From Octopus bimaculoides (Eukaryota): a stretch of 37,009 nt of DNA. The stretch covers positions 46,989,657 through 47,026,665 of the forward strand of contig NC_068987.1 of the NCBI RefSeq assembly GCF_001194135.2, written 5' to 3'. Of the stretch, positions 1 through 10,700 are shown one piece after another. The notes below the pieces were generated by a model. The model saw nothing but the letters and a program-made list of their open reading frames with translations, searched no databases and had not been told where the DNA came from. The first letter of the stretch is position 1, and each line of letters begins with the position of its first letter. Position numbers and translations under genes: made by a program.

Positions 1-60
<60 letters not shown>
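1..60. repeat. (TG)n microsatellite
   Basis: Direct reading. Confidence 0.98.
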
Positions 61-62
<2 letters not shown>

Positions 63-158
63 AGTGTATGCATGTATGTATTCTAATAACAAATTTTCAT
101 TTCTTATGTTCATGACATGAACGACTATCCTTTATTGCAATTTTTTCTTCATTTCCAG

Positions 159-224
159 CTACAAGATTGTTCCCTTCATGACAAACCGAGGACTAATTCA
201 GACCTCCCAACTAGTATCACTTGT
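159..224 (+). CDS. Candidate 66-nt internal exon (phase 0-0 reading LQDCSLHDKPRTNSDLPTSITC)
   Basis: Acceptor TTTTTTCTTCATTTCCAG ends at 158 and donor GTAAGT is at 225-230. Length is a multiple of 3. Two of three frames are open (the alternative reads YKIVPFMTNRGLIQTSQLVSL). Confidence 0.6.
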
Positions 225-492
225 GTAAGTATGCCACATTGTCTAAAACACAAACCATAGAACTAAAGAATTATACAAGATTTCATTTTTTTATATATTT
301 CAGACGCTGTTCTTAGAAATGAAAAATTATTTATTTGAATTATAGACGTGTTCATAAAATGTTCCTTTTGCAACCGTATGGTTTCATTTTTAGACACATT
401 CTGAATACCTTGAATAAGTAACCTTATGCTATAGCCTACAGATAAATAGTGTGTTTTCAGTGAAATTTGGTAGAAGGTAAAATATAGCTGTC

Positions 493-690
493 GTGGTTTC
501 GATTTCCAGACCGGTAGTGTGTTATGTTCTTGAGTAAAATACCTTTTTTTCTCGTTGCTCCGTTTCACCCATCTGTAGATGGTTACCTAGTGACGGACTG
601 GTGTTACAGACCACCAATCGGGTGCGAGGAAGCACATTGTGACCAGTGGTGTATAACAACATTTGATAGTCTTGTCGATACACATCTATG
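493..690 (+). mobile_element. Highly degenerate CORE-type SINE
   Basis: GTGGTTTCGATTTCC (B-box-like), then GTGTTATGTTCTTGAGTAAAATACCTTTTTTTCTCGTTGCTCCGTTTCACCCATCTGTAGATGG, similar to the other copies. Ends are approximate. Confidence 0.55.
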
Positions 691-1727
691 CAGAATTGGC
701 ATATGTATTCAGAATTGACCGGACAGAGAGTTCTTCCATTTCAAATCCCGTCCAATCTCGTAGAAGTTACACGAGTGATTCCATCAGAGACAATAACTCG
801 CTACTCATTAAAAAATAATAAATAATATATATTAAAAACTATTATGTTCATAACGTAGAAGTTAGGGTGGAAAACCTGACATAAAAAGATAGAGACTGAG
901 GATTTTAATGATAGGTACCTACGAAAAAGGGATACAGTTGCTCTCTCGTTTACAGAAATGAGATGTGATGAATCACTTACGAATGTATTCAAGCAATTAG
1001 TTTCTGAAAAGTGTCGCTCATGTGCTAGATCGAACGTAAATTTTCAACACCGCAATGTATTAATTAATATATTCCTTATATGTAGTCTGAGATATCGATT
1101 TGATGAAATAAATCTCAAGAGATGTCGACAGACATTGTAGAAAGTTTTCAAGTTATTTATCAAAAGACCGTGAAGAATGTTAATAAAATGAAATACAACA
1201 TTAAAATAATCAACTTGGAGGTTGTTATACAACTGAAAGTCGTAATCTAGTTAAATAAAGGTATCAGAATAGTATTAATAGGAGGAAATTCTGATAGAAT
1301 TCCGTTTATCCAACTTCAATTGCAGAGATAAGATGATTGCGTAATACCAAACTAAAAAAGAAATTGGAAGGTAATGAATGTTTCCATGATAAATGTACAT
1401 CAATTAAATCATGCGTTAAATAAATTATATTGTGATTAATTTAGCTTAATGATGATCAGTATGCTAGAGCATTCTCTAGAAATAGAGGTGGTGAATATGA
1501 ATTAATTTTAGGCAGGAAGTCAATTCGTTTGTCACCGAGGAAGTTATGGAAGCTCCTAATTATCAGACTACGTTGACAGTATAACCTGTTCGGTTCTGGA
1601 CATCACATTATTCTTAATTTAGACGGGCAACCGAAACGGAAGGCTTCTCCGTCGAGTTAGCTCTGAACATAGATGACCTACGTTATCTAGCTATAAGTAA
1701 ACCTCATTATTTAATACAGACATACAT

Positions 1728-1739
1728 ATATGTGTGTGG

Positions 1740-1829
<90 letters not shown>

Positions 1830-1902
1830 TGTGTCTGTGTGTCTGTGTTTGTGTCTGTGTCTGTGTCTGTGTGTCTGTGTGTGTCTGTGTGTGTCTGTGT
1901 CT
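1728..1902. repeat. (TG)n grading into (TGTGTC)n
   Basis: Direct reading. Confidence 0.95.
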
Positions 1903-2134
1903 GGCAGCTACCATACAATAAAACTCCGGCGCTCTCGTATAATAACTTAGATGTGACTTAAATTAACCAAGGAAATAGGCATATCGTGGCGCCATCCTGG
2001 ATTCTTTTCTATGTCTTCTTGTAGAAGAAAAGTCTGTCATCTTAGGAAACGGGTATTTGCAGAATCTAGAAATAGCGACGCAAGGGAAGGCAGCCAATTG
2101 CATTCTAGCTGTAAACATCCAATCATACATCTGC

Positions 2135-2256
2135 GCGTGCGTATGTGTGTGTATGTGTATGCATGTGTGTGCATGTGTGCACTCGCGCGTGCGTGTGTTG
2201 TACATATATCCATATCTATATGTATATTTGTTACCTATCTATACACACAAACACAC

Positions 2257-2289
<33 letters not shown>

Positions 2290-2308
2290 TGTATGTATGT
2301 GTCAACAC

Positions 2309-2341
<33 letters not shown>

Positions 2342-2355
2342 TGTATGTATGTATA
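2135..2355. repeat. Degenerate (TG)n/(TA)n and two (TATG)n arrays
   Basis: Direct reading. Confidence 0.95.
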
Positions 2356-2457
2356 CTAGAGTATACTATTATAAATTTAGGCTCATAACACACAATTCAT
2401 GCTACCGAACGGTCTCATATCAGGCAACATTTTTAAGTGTGGAGACACTCTCGATAT

Positions 2458-2473
2458 ATTATTATTATTATTT

Positions 2474-2547
<74 letters not shown>
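2458..2547. repeat. (ATT)n microsatellite, which is the (TAA)n tail or target of the adjacent LINE
   Basis: Direct reading. Confidence 0.95.
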
Positions 2548-2846
2548 TTATGAAAACTATCAGTTTATTTTGCTGGGTATGATGGAAAGTGTCAGCTGTC
2601 CACAGCCAGCAGACTAAGGTGACACTTGTTTACTGGTCATGCTTCAAGAACCCTGCGAAGGATTCTTGCACTTCCAAGCAATGCTGGTTTTTGTAGGTGT
2701 TCTATCCTTACATTTGTCTCAATCGTTTTGAGCCATGTTGGTAGCTGAGTGCTGATACTCCCAAGTGCACCAATTACTGTTGGTATCGCGTCTACTCTCC
2801 TCATTGACCACAATCTTCGTATTTCCCACTTCCAATCATCGTACTG
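2548..2846 (-). mobile_element. 3' end of an R4/Dong-type non-LTR retrotransposon (C-terminus of the restriction-like endonuclease region plus 3' UTR)
   Basis: The minus strand reads QYDDWKWEIRRLWSMRRVDAIPTVIGALGSISTQLPTWLKTIETNVRIEHLQKPALLGSARILRRVLEA* (stop 2637-2639). The IPxVIGALG and LQKxALLGxARILRRVL patterns are typical of R4/Dong ORF ends. An ~90-nt UTR follows, then (TAA)n. Confidence 0.75.
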
Positions 2847-2908
2847 GGGTCGATGTAATTGGCTCACCCTCTCTCCCGAAATTGTTGGCCTTGTGCCAAA
2901 ATTTGGAA

Positions 2909-2910
<2 letters not shown>
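2841..2910 (+). mobile_element. 3' fragment of a SINE ending in an (ATT)n tail
   Basis: GTACTGGGGTCGATGTAATTGGC aligns (17/22) with 7179-7200 in another SINE-like copy. It runs directly into (ATT)n at 2911. The family assignment is from recall of Octopus SINE sequence. Confidence 0.55.
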
Positions 2911-2961
<51 letters not shown>

Positions 2962-3019
2962 GTTGTTGTTGTTAAACTGTTGTTGTTATTTATTATTGTT
3001 ATTATTATTATTTTTGTTA

Positions 3020-3054
<35 letters not shown>

Positions 3055-3072
3055 GTTTTTAAACTGTTGTTG

Positions 3073-3108
<36 letters not shown>

Positions 3109-3126
3109 GTTGTTATTATTATTATT
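2911..3126. repeat. (ATT)n/(GTT)n compound microsatellite
   Basis: Direct reading. Confidence 0.95.
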
Positions 3127-3344
3127 ACTGATGCCCTCGTTGTTTGTTGTTGCATTATATTTTTATTTATATATTTATTTATATATGTATTCATTTGTTT
3201 TTGCATTGACTCATTACATTTTCTACACCATTTCTCGCATCTTCACACATCAACCACAACAGCATGTATTGTCAAAGTCAGCACCAACCGACCGCACGCG
3301 CACCATTGTTACATTGAGACAGTGTCGTAGGAACAATTAGTCGT

Positions 3345-3712
3345 TGTAGTAGATGCAGTAGAGTAGTAGCAGTAGTAGCTGTGGTAGTAATAGTAGAAAT
3401 TGATGTCGTTTTGTGGTTGTTGTTGTTGTTGTTGTTGTTGTTATTGTTCTTCATATTGTTGTTGTTATTGTTGTTGTTAATATTGATGTTGTGGTTGTTG
3501 ATGACTGTTGGCGGTTGTTAAAGTTGCTGTTTGCATCTTGCAGTTGTAGGATCTCATTCTTTTTTCCTTTATTCGTCTTCTGTTCCTCTCCACTATCTGA
3601 TGATTCTTTCATGTGTGATGATGATGATGAGGATGATGATGATTGAAACGCATGGTGGGGGTGGGGTATTGGTGGCGGCGGCGACAATGACGATAATGAT
3701 GAGAATGATAAC

Positions 3713-3748
<36 letters not shown>

Positions 3749-3775
3749 AAGGAGTAGGAGGAAGATAAGAAAGAG
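3345..3775. repeat. (GTA)n, (GTT)n and (GAT)n trinucleotide arrays
   Basis: Direct reading. Confidence 0.9.
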
Positions 3776-4510
3776 GAAAAGATTTGAAATGCATAATGCA
3801 TTTTGTAATAACTATAATTACCCCCAACTAAGTAAAATCCTATTTCTTCAAATTAATATATATCATCAATATATATATATATATANNNNNNNNNNNNNNN
3901 NNNNNNNNNNNNNNNNNNNNNNNNNNNNNNNNNNNNNNNNNNNNNNNNNNNNNNNNNNNNNNNNNNNNNNNNNNNNNNNNNNNNNNNNNNNNNNNNNNNN
4001 NNNNNNNNNNNNNNNNNNNNNNNNNNNNNNNNNNNNNNNNNNNNNNNNNNNNNNNNNNNNNNNNNNNNNNNNNNNNNNNNNNNNNNNNNNNNNNNNNNNN
4101 NNNNNNNNNNNNNNNNNNNNNNNNNNNNNNNNNNNNNNNNNNNNNNNNNNNNNNNNNNNNNNNNNNNNNNNNNNNNNNNNNNNNNNNNNNNNNNNNNNNN
4201 NNNNNNNNNNNNNNNNNNNNNNNNNNNNNNNNNNNNNNNNNNNNNNNNNNNNNNNNNNNNNNNNNNNNNNNNNNNNNNNNNNNNNNNNNNNNNNNNNNNN
4301 NNNNNNNNNNNNNNNNNNNNNNNNNNNNNNNNNNNNNNNNNNNNNNNNNNNNNNNNNNNNNNNNNNNNNNNNNNNNNNNNNNNNNNNNNNNNNNNNNNNN
4401 NNNNNNNNNNNNNNNNNNNNNNNNNNNNNNNNNNNNNNTATATATTTATATATATATAGGTATATAGTTATATATCTCCCTTTCACTCCCTCTCTCACAT
4501 ACACACACAC

Positions 4511-5240
4511 GCTGTTTACAGCAGTGCTTGGAAGGAACGTGTGTAGCGTGTGATCGTCGCATTAAATATGACAGAAAGTTGTCATGGCGATAACTGCTCA
4601 GAGGCCTACGCAAAGTTGCAGAAAGTATATGGAGAGGAGTGCATGAGCCGTACACAAGTAATATGAGTAGTTCAGACGTTTCCAAGACGGCCGAAAAAAT
4701 ATCGATAGTGACAAACGCTCTGGAAAACCTGCAAAACTGAGAAAAACATCGCAGATGTGGGTGCAGGTGTAAGGGGAGATCGTCGAATCACCATCCGTGA
4801 GTTATCAGAGGATGTACAGATGAGTTACGGTTCAGTTCAGTCCATTATCACTGAAGATTTGGGTATGAGACGTGTGTTTGCCAAGTTTGCGCTAAAACTG
4901 CTTTCAGCTGACCAAGAAGGCACCTGGTTTTCAGTTGCACAAGAGCTCCTTGATTGTGTCGAGAATGGTGAAAACTTTATGAAAACTTTGCATAGGCCTC
5001 TGAGCAGGTATCGCCAAGCTTTTAGCAAGATTTGATGCAGATTCTCTGCTCCACTTCTCTGTCATGTTCAATGCGACGATCACATGTTACACACGTTCCT
5101 TCCAAGCACTGCAGTAAACAGCGGAAGTGAACTAGAACATTAAACCTTTGTGCGCATGCACAGCAGTGTTCAAGGTCAATCTGTGCCAAGCAGCTTCATT
5201 CTGTGTGCTTTAGCTTCGTTACTATTGATCACACCACGTA
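4511..5240 (+). mobile_element. Degenerate mariner (Tc1/mariner) element with an inverted duplication of its 5' end
   Basis: Frameshifted transposase N-terminal fragments on +: SEAYAKLQKVYGEECMSRTQV, FRRFQDGRKNIDSDKRSGKP, DRRITIRELSEDVQMSYGSVQSIITEDLGMRRVFAKFALKLLSADQ. The segment 4983-5122 is an inverted copy of 4511-4618 and reads MTEKVEQRICIK on the minus strand. The right end CACACCACG-TA resembles a mariner TIR plus the TA target. Confidence 0.85.
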
Positions 5241-5280
5241 TACTCATATTTTGAGTTCTATTTTTTCCTGTTTACATCAC

Positions 5281-5314
<34 letters not shown>

Positions 5315-6489
5315 TATATATAAATATATATATATACATGCTCACACACATACACATACATGTATGTATATATACGTTCATATATGCATATATATATACA
5401 TATATCGTATATATGATTATATATTTATATATACATGTGTGTGTGAGTGTGTGTGGGGGTGGATAAATTGCCTCGACAATGTTAAGGTTACAAGCTTGTT
5501 TTCAGAAATAACGCCGACGAGAATTTATCAAATGTTAGCGAGAATAGAACGGGAGTTCAGAGAAGTAGTTATTGGGGTGGGGGTAAGGGGGACTGAAGAG
5601 ATAAAAACTGAACTCTGNNNNNNNNNNNNNNNNNNNNNNNNNNNNNNNNNNNNNNNNNNNNNNNNNNNNNNNNNNNNNNNNNNNNNNNNNNNNNNNNNNN
5701 NNNNNNNNNNNNNNNNNNNNNNNNNNNNNNNNNNNNNNNNNNNNNNNNNNNNNNNNNNNNNNNNNNNNNNNNNNNNNNNNNNNNNNNNNNNNNNNNNNNN
5801 NNNNNNNNNNNNNNNNNNNNNNNNNNNNNNNNNNNNNNNNNNNNNNNNNNNNNNNNNNNNNNNNNNNNNNNNNNNNNNNNNNNNNNNNNNNNNNNNNNNN
5901 NNNNNNNNNNNNNNNNNNNNNNNNNNNNNNNNNNNNNNNNNNNNNNNNNNNNNNNNNNNNNNNNNNNNNNNNNNNNNNNNNNNNNNNNNNNNNNNNNNNA
6001 AAATAAAAGCAGGGACAAAACTAACATAAGCTGAAATCTGTGGCTTTTGGTTTCAATTCTTGACTTATATATTAATAGCTATTCGAAATGACATGTGAAA
6101 TGAAATGTGAAGCGTGGTTATGTGTTCATGCATTTTTGTCGAAAATCTGCAGTTTGAAATCTATTTTAAAAACTGATGTCAATTTTAAAATCCAGTGTCT
6201 TTCGATTACATGAGGCGGAAAAAATATTTCGAACGTTTTAGAGGATGACAAACGTTTCGACATAAAACGCACAATGTGCACCAGTTCAAACCATGATTTT
6301 AACGATAAAAAAATGCAGTAAACATTAGCAACATAAAGACAATGTTACTTTCTGTCTAACTTTACTAGCACCACACTAATGGCAATGCAAAACATGCCAG
6401 GTTTTTCTGCTAACACCCTGTATAATCTTTCGCTTTCACTTAAAATACCGTTCCGCTATTGATCTATTATTAAAAAGTATTTTTATTAT

Positions 6490-7265
6490 TGGTAGATGGC
6501 AGAATCGGTAAAGCATCGGATAAAATAGGATACGGTATTTGGTTCAGTGAATGCGCGTGGTTTAGTGATTAGTGTGTTCGGTGCATGATCGTAAGGTCAT
6601 GGTTTTGATTCCTGACCTGGACGGCATGTTGTGTTCTTGAGCAAGGCACTTCATTTCTCGTTGTTCCAGTTTCCTCAGCTGAAAATGAGTTCCAGAAGAC
6701 TGCTGGTGTAACTTGATATTCTGCTGTCACATCCTCGATATTCCGTTGGGTCAAGAGAAGATATCCGAGAGCGAGTGGGGGTCTATGTCTACTCGCGACT
6801 AAACGAGCACCTAAAGCAATTAACTAAAGCATGATACAGGCCACCAGGTCCTCACTCGCTTGCAAGTGATAGTTGCAAAGTAATTTGGTTCTGCCAAACA
6901 TGGGAAGATATAAAGACAGTTTCCCCATTGCATGCGTCCAGGATTTTCTTTACAAAGCAAATCTTGTAAAACAATTGATGAACAAACAATCTGTGCAGCA
7001 CCTGCTGAGAACTGTCCCAAAACTGACGACAGTGGTGTGCGCCTGTCAAAGTTATCACTAGGGGTCGTTCGTCGAGCAATGGCATTTGGTTAGGTCCCTT
7101 TCCGTTTTGAATTTAAAATCTTGATCAAATCGACTTCTCCTTTAATTTATTCCGAGGTCGGTTAAGTACACCAGTCGAATACTGGGATGGATATAATCGC
7201 TTCTGTATTTGAAAGCGGCGTCCCAGAATCGCTAGGGTCCAGTGACTGAAAAACGGTAAAAGAAT
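6490..7265 (+). mobile_element. Older SINE of a second family, split by the CORE-SINE insertion (5' part ~6490-6544, 3' part ~7084-7265)
   Basis: The 5' part GGCAGAATCGGTAAAGCATCGGATAAAAT...GGTATTTGGTT and the 3' part with CCGAGGTCGGTTAAGTACACCAGTCGAATACTGGG...GTCCAGTGACTGAAA...GTAAAAGAAT match my recollection of a common Octopus SINE. The 3' part also matches 2841-2863 in this window. Confidence 0.55.
6545..7083 (+). mobile_element. tRNA-derived CORE-type SINE, flanked by the 8-bp direct repeat ATTTGGTT
   Basis: A-box-like TGGTTTAGTGAT (~6558) and B-box-like GGTTTTGATTCC (6601-6612). CORE-like GTGTTCTTGAGCAAGGCACTT...CAGTTTCCTCAGCTGAAAATGAG resembles the MIR/CORE domain. Homologous to 34066-34378. 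ATTTGGTT occurs at 6537-6544 and 7084-7091. Confidence 0.8.
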
Positions 7266-7660
7266 TGTAGAATATAATCAACAGAACTGCAAGTACAATC
7301 TGTTTTTCTTATTTAAGTAGTTACTAGTTTTCAACCAAGTATTCCAACAGAAACACTCAGAAATTTAGGCTTCAACCCTCACATGAAAAAATAGACTAGT
7401 ATATAACAAAACAGCATAAAAAAAAAAGAAATATTTAGATAACAAACAGCATCAAAGTAAAACTAATTAATTATACAGAAGCAACACCAAAATGTTTTTA
7501 AAATGTACAAATGAAGAAACACTCAGGTACACACTTCACAAATATTAACCACATATATTTAGTAAAATAACAACATTAATAAACTTAATAGCGAACAAAA
7601 TGAAATTTAACTTTTTCTCTTCCCCCGTCACTTCCAAAGGTCATTGAATTTATGTTCATA

Positions 7661-7677
7661 TTTTTTTCTTTCTTCAG
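7661..7677 (+). other. Splice acceptor (polypyrimidine tract + CAG) opening the giant exon at 7678
   Basis: TTTTTTTCTTTCTTCAG at 7661-7677. Composition switches here from very AT-rich intron-like DNA to coding-like DNA. Confidence 0.75.
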
Positions 7678-7754
7678 TCAACGAACAATGACGTTCGGGT
7701 CGTCCCTTTAAAGCACAAGAAACAGGTGACGGCAGGAAATCTTAAAGGTAAAAT

Positions 7755-10700
7755 ATGGATAGGGCAGAAAGTAGGGCGGCTCCTAGTCGCATTGAGGTCG
7801 GTCGAACAGCTAGCATGGAGAATACCAGAGATGATATGATAAGATTACCGTTTATTGGCACCTTCCCACGAACTAGGAGGGATAAAATAGATGAGAGTAA
7901 AATACCATCTACCCAGTCTCCAACTAATTATAGACAGAAAATAAGGAGTGGCATATTTGGAAACAGAACATCGCGATTTCTCGAAGAAGTTAAATCTAGC
8001 GAACAAAAGGGGACTATATTTGGTTCGCTACCGCGGCGCAAAGTCACAGAAACTTGTACATATCCGGAACATCATAGCTCATTGCCCCGATCACATTCAG
8101 ACATGAAAACAATCAAGAGTTTGATTAAAGAAACTAGTTTTCCTGTGTATGGTGATGGTCGAAATACCTTTGAAAGAACAATTATAAACACAGATTACCG
8201 AAGATCTCCTTTCGCTATTCGATCGCCTCGTTCAAATAGTAACAGTCGTGCCAGTATGCATGACTATGCACTCAGTAGCGACGAAGGTTCTTGGTCGGCT
8301 GCGGATAGTGGTCATATTGATGATATGGAAAGTTCTGTGCTTAGTACGGCATCCTCGCAAAATGCTGGAGATTCCCATACAGACGAACAGAAAAAGAAGA
8401 AGAAAAACATCAAAAGTTTAGGTAAAAGAATCAAAAAGGGTCTTTATTCCCTTTTTCACAAACATGAAAAACGAGACAGAGACAGCGGTGTAGACGATAT
8501 CCGGCAAACTGATGAAGAAAGCAACAGGACATACTGTAGCACTGATTCCGAATTTGATCGCGACAGCATGAGCAATTTTTCTTACACGTCCAGCGTCAGT
8601 CGAAACAATTACGGAAGCAACGCAACTCTGTCACAAACTGGCCCCAGTGAAGATCGACTCAGTATGGTATCGTCATCAACGTTGTCAAATTATGGAAATG
8701 ATAGACATAAAGCCGGTATGCGTAGGGTGAGAAGTATGGGTTTCCAAGATAAGAAAAGTACTTTAGGCCACTTTGCTAATGCTACTCCTTATGATAAACC
8801 TGATGGAGATGTTACTTCGGTGTCTGCTCAAAATCAACGGAAGACATATTCGCATCAACTAGGCGTGTCTCCCGGAAGTTCAACTGACATCGTGGACAGA
8901 ACAGTGCAAGATCGCACAGTTTTGGCAAATACGAATATACATGAAGATAGTAATATGAGACGCAGCTTAACATCGGAGAAAATTAATAAAGACTCGAAGG
9001 TGACCAACAGAACATCATTACCATTTATGGGAATTAATTTGCATTCTAAGAAGAGCCAAGAATTCTCAGTGTCTTCGCAGAAAACACATATTGATCAAAC
9101 AGCTTCTGTGGAAGACCGTACTGTAAACACAGATAATAGCATGAGACGCAGCTTGACATCAGAGAAAATTAATAAAGACTCGAAAGCGACAAACAGAACA
9201 TCATTACCATTTATGGGAATTAATTTGCATTCTAAGAAGAGTCAAGAACTCTCAGCATCGTCGCAAAAAACACATCTTGATCAAACAGCTTCCACTTCGG
9301 AAGACGTTTCTGCTTCTAAATCAAAGAACACCAGTAAAGTCAGCCGTGGGTTGTTTGGTTTCTCCTTTCCCAACAGATCTAATAAAAGTTCGTCTTCTCA
9401 GCTCAAATCCACAACCAAAAATAATAAAGGCAACACAGAAGGGGAGGATACATCCTACAAAACTTCACAAGAACGGAAATCTTTGGAAGAGAAACACGGT
9501 AGAATGTTTCTTCCAATCTTGTCTGGACCAAAAGCCAGCAAGAACAGGTCGGTTGTTGTAGTAGCAAGCAGTATAGTTGGCATGTCACCATTAGGACAGT
9601 TGTCCGACTCCAGCTTTTCAAACATCGAAGATCTGAAAACCGACCATTTGAACGATAACATTCCGTCGTATACGGAACCGGACAAATTTAAGGATTCTCA
9701 ACAGCATAAAACGATTGCAAACTTCTTAGAAAGGAAAGACCCCAGAACACAAGATCTCTCCCCTGCAAGGAACAATAACCAAGTCTATCCTTCGGCAAAA
9801 CAGTCTGGTACTGAAAACTCTCGATTAAATAACATCCCAGGAGAAAATTCTGTAAAGTTGACAACGTCTAAGCGAGAATTTAACAAACATTCAAATTCAG
9901 AAAGTCATCAGTTGGGATACAATCTCTTACACAACCAAAGAACTGCTTCCCCAAAATCTGTTTCTATGCACCAACGCCCTGTTCCAGAAACAGCTGCCAC
10001 TGGTGTTGAAAGCCAGATCAGTAAAGAGAAGATAAATCTCGGTAACGAAAGCGTCATTCTGTCACAGGTTACCCAAGTCCGAAATGAAACCAAAAACGAG
10101 GAGAAAATATCTTGGCACACTAAAGAAACGAGTGGGAAAACAAATGAAGAGGATCATAGCATTAAAGAGGATAAAGCAAAAACTGTGTTTCAATATAGTA
10201 CTGAAAGCAATTACGATGATGATGATGACGACGATGATGACAATGAGTTCTTTGATATCGAAGAACCGACAGATAAGGCCACCACAAGTTCTGATGGAGA
10301 TAACACAGATTTGGAGTTCTATGACAGCGTAGAACTCGCTCCAGACACCCTTGGACAAATAAAAGAAGACAGTAGCGGAGAAAATAAAGCCGCCTTTGGT
10401 TATTCTTCAGCTACACAAATTAAAACCTCTTTTGAGCATTTAAGTCAGGACAAAATCCATCGCCAATCGGAAGACACCATTTCGAGTCGTTCTGAAATAA
10501 GTTTCAGCAAAAGCAATGTTTCACCACATCGATTACATAATGTACCAAACTCATCTGCTCCGGCGACTCAAGCTTTTAAGACTCCTTACATAACAGACAA
10601 TGGTGCCGAATGGATCAAGAGAACAGATTACAGCCAAGTTCTCACAAAAACCGATGATGTCGAAGAAATAAAAAGAAGATCCGATATTATTGTGCAAAAA

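Noticed and set aside
2001-2058. Strong acceptor-like TTCTTTTCTATGTCTTCTTGTAG at 2024
   Set aside because: Only a weak donor follows (GG|GTATTT), and the phase-0 frame stops at once. It is not supportable as an exon without RNA data.
5506-5582. Possible 77-nt exon ([25 protein letters not shown]) with a GTAAGG donor
   Set aside because: The pyrimidine tract is short, and its only plausible phase (1 to 0) is incompatible with the open frames of the 159-224 exon.
1691-6029. ORF-track entries such as poly-VC/HT/YVCM/I/L and ORFs spanning N runs (also at 28392-36949)
   Set aside because: They are translations of microsatellites or of gaps with no stops.
7707-7713. Canonical -1 frameshift heptamer T TTA AAG in the frame that starts at the acceptor
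   Set aside because: A -1 shift here enters the giant frame but hits TAA at 7743-7745 before ATG 7755, so it cannot link the frames.
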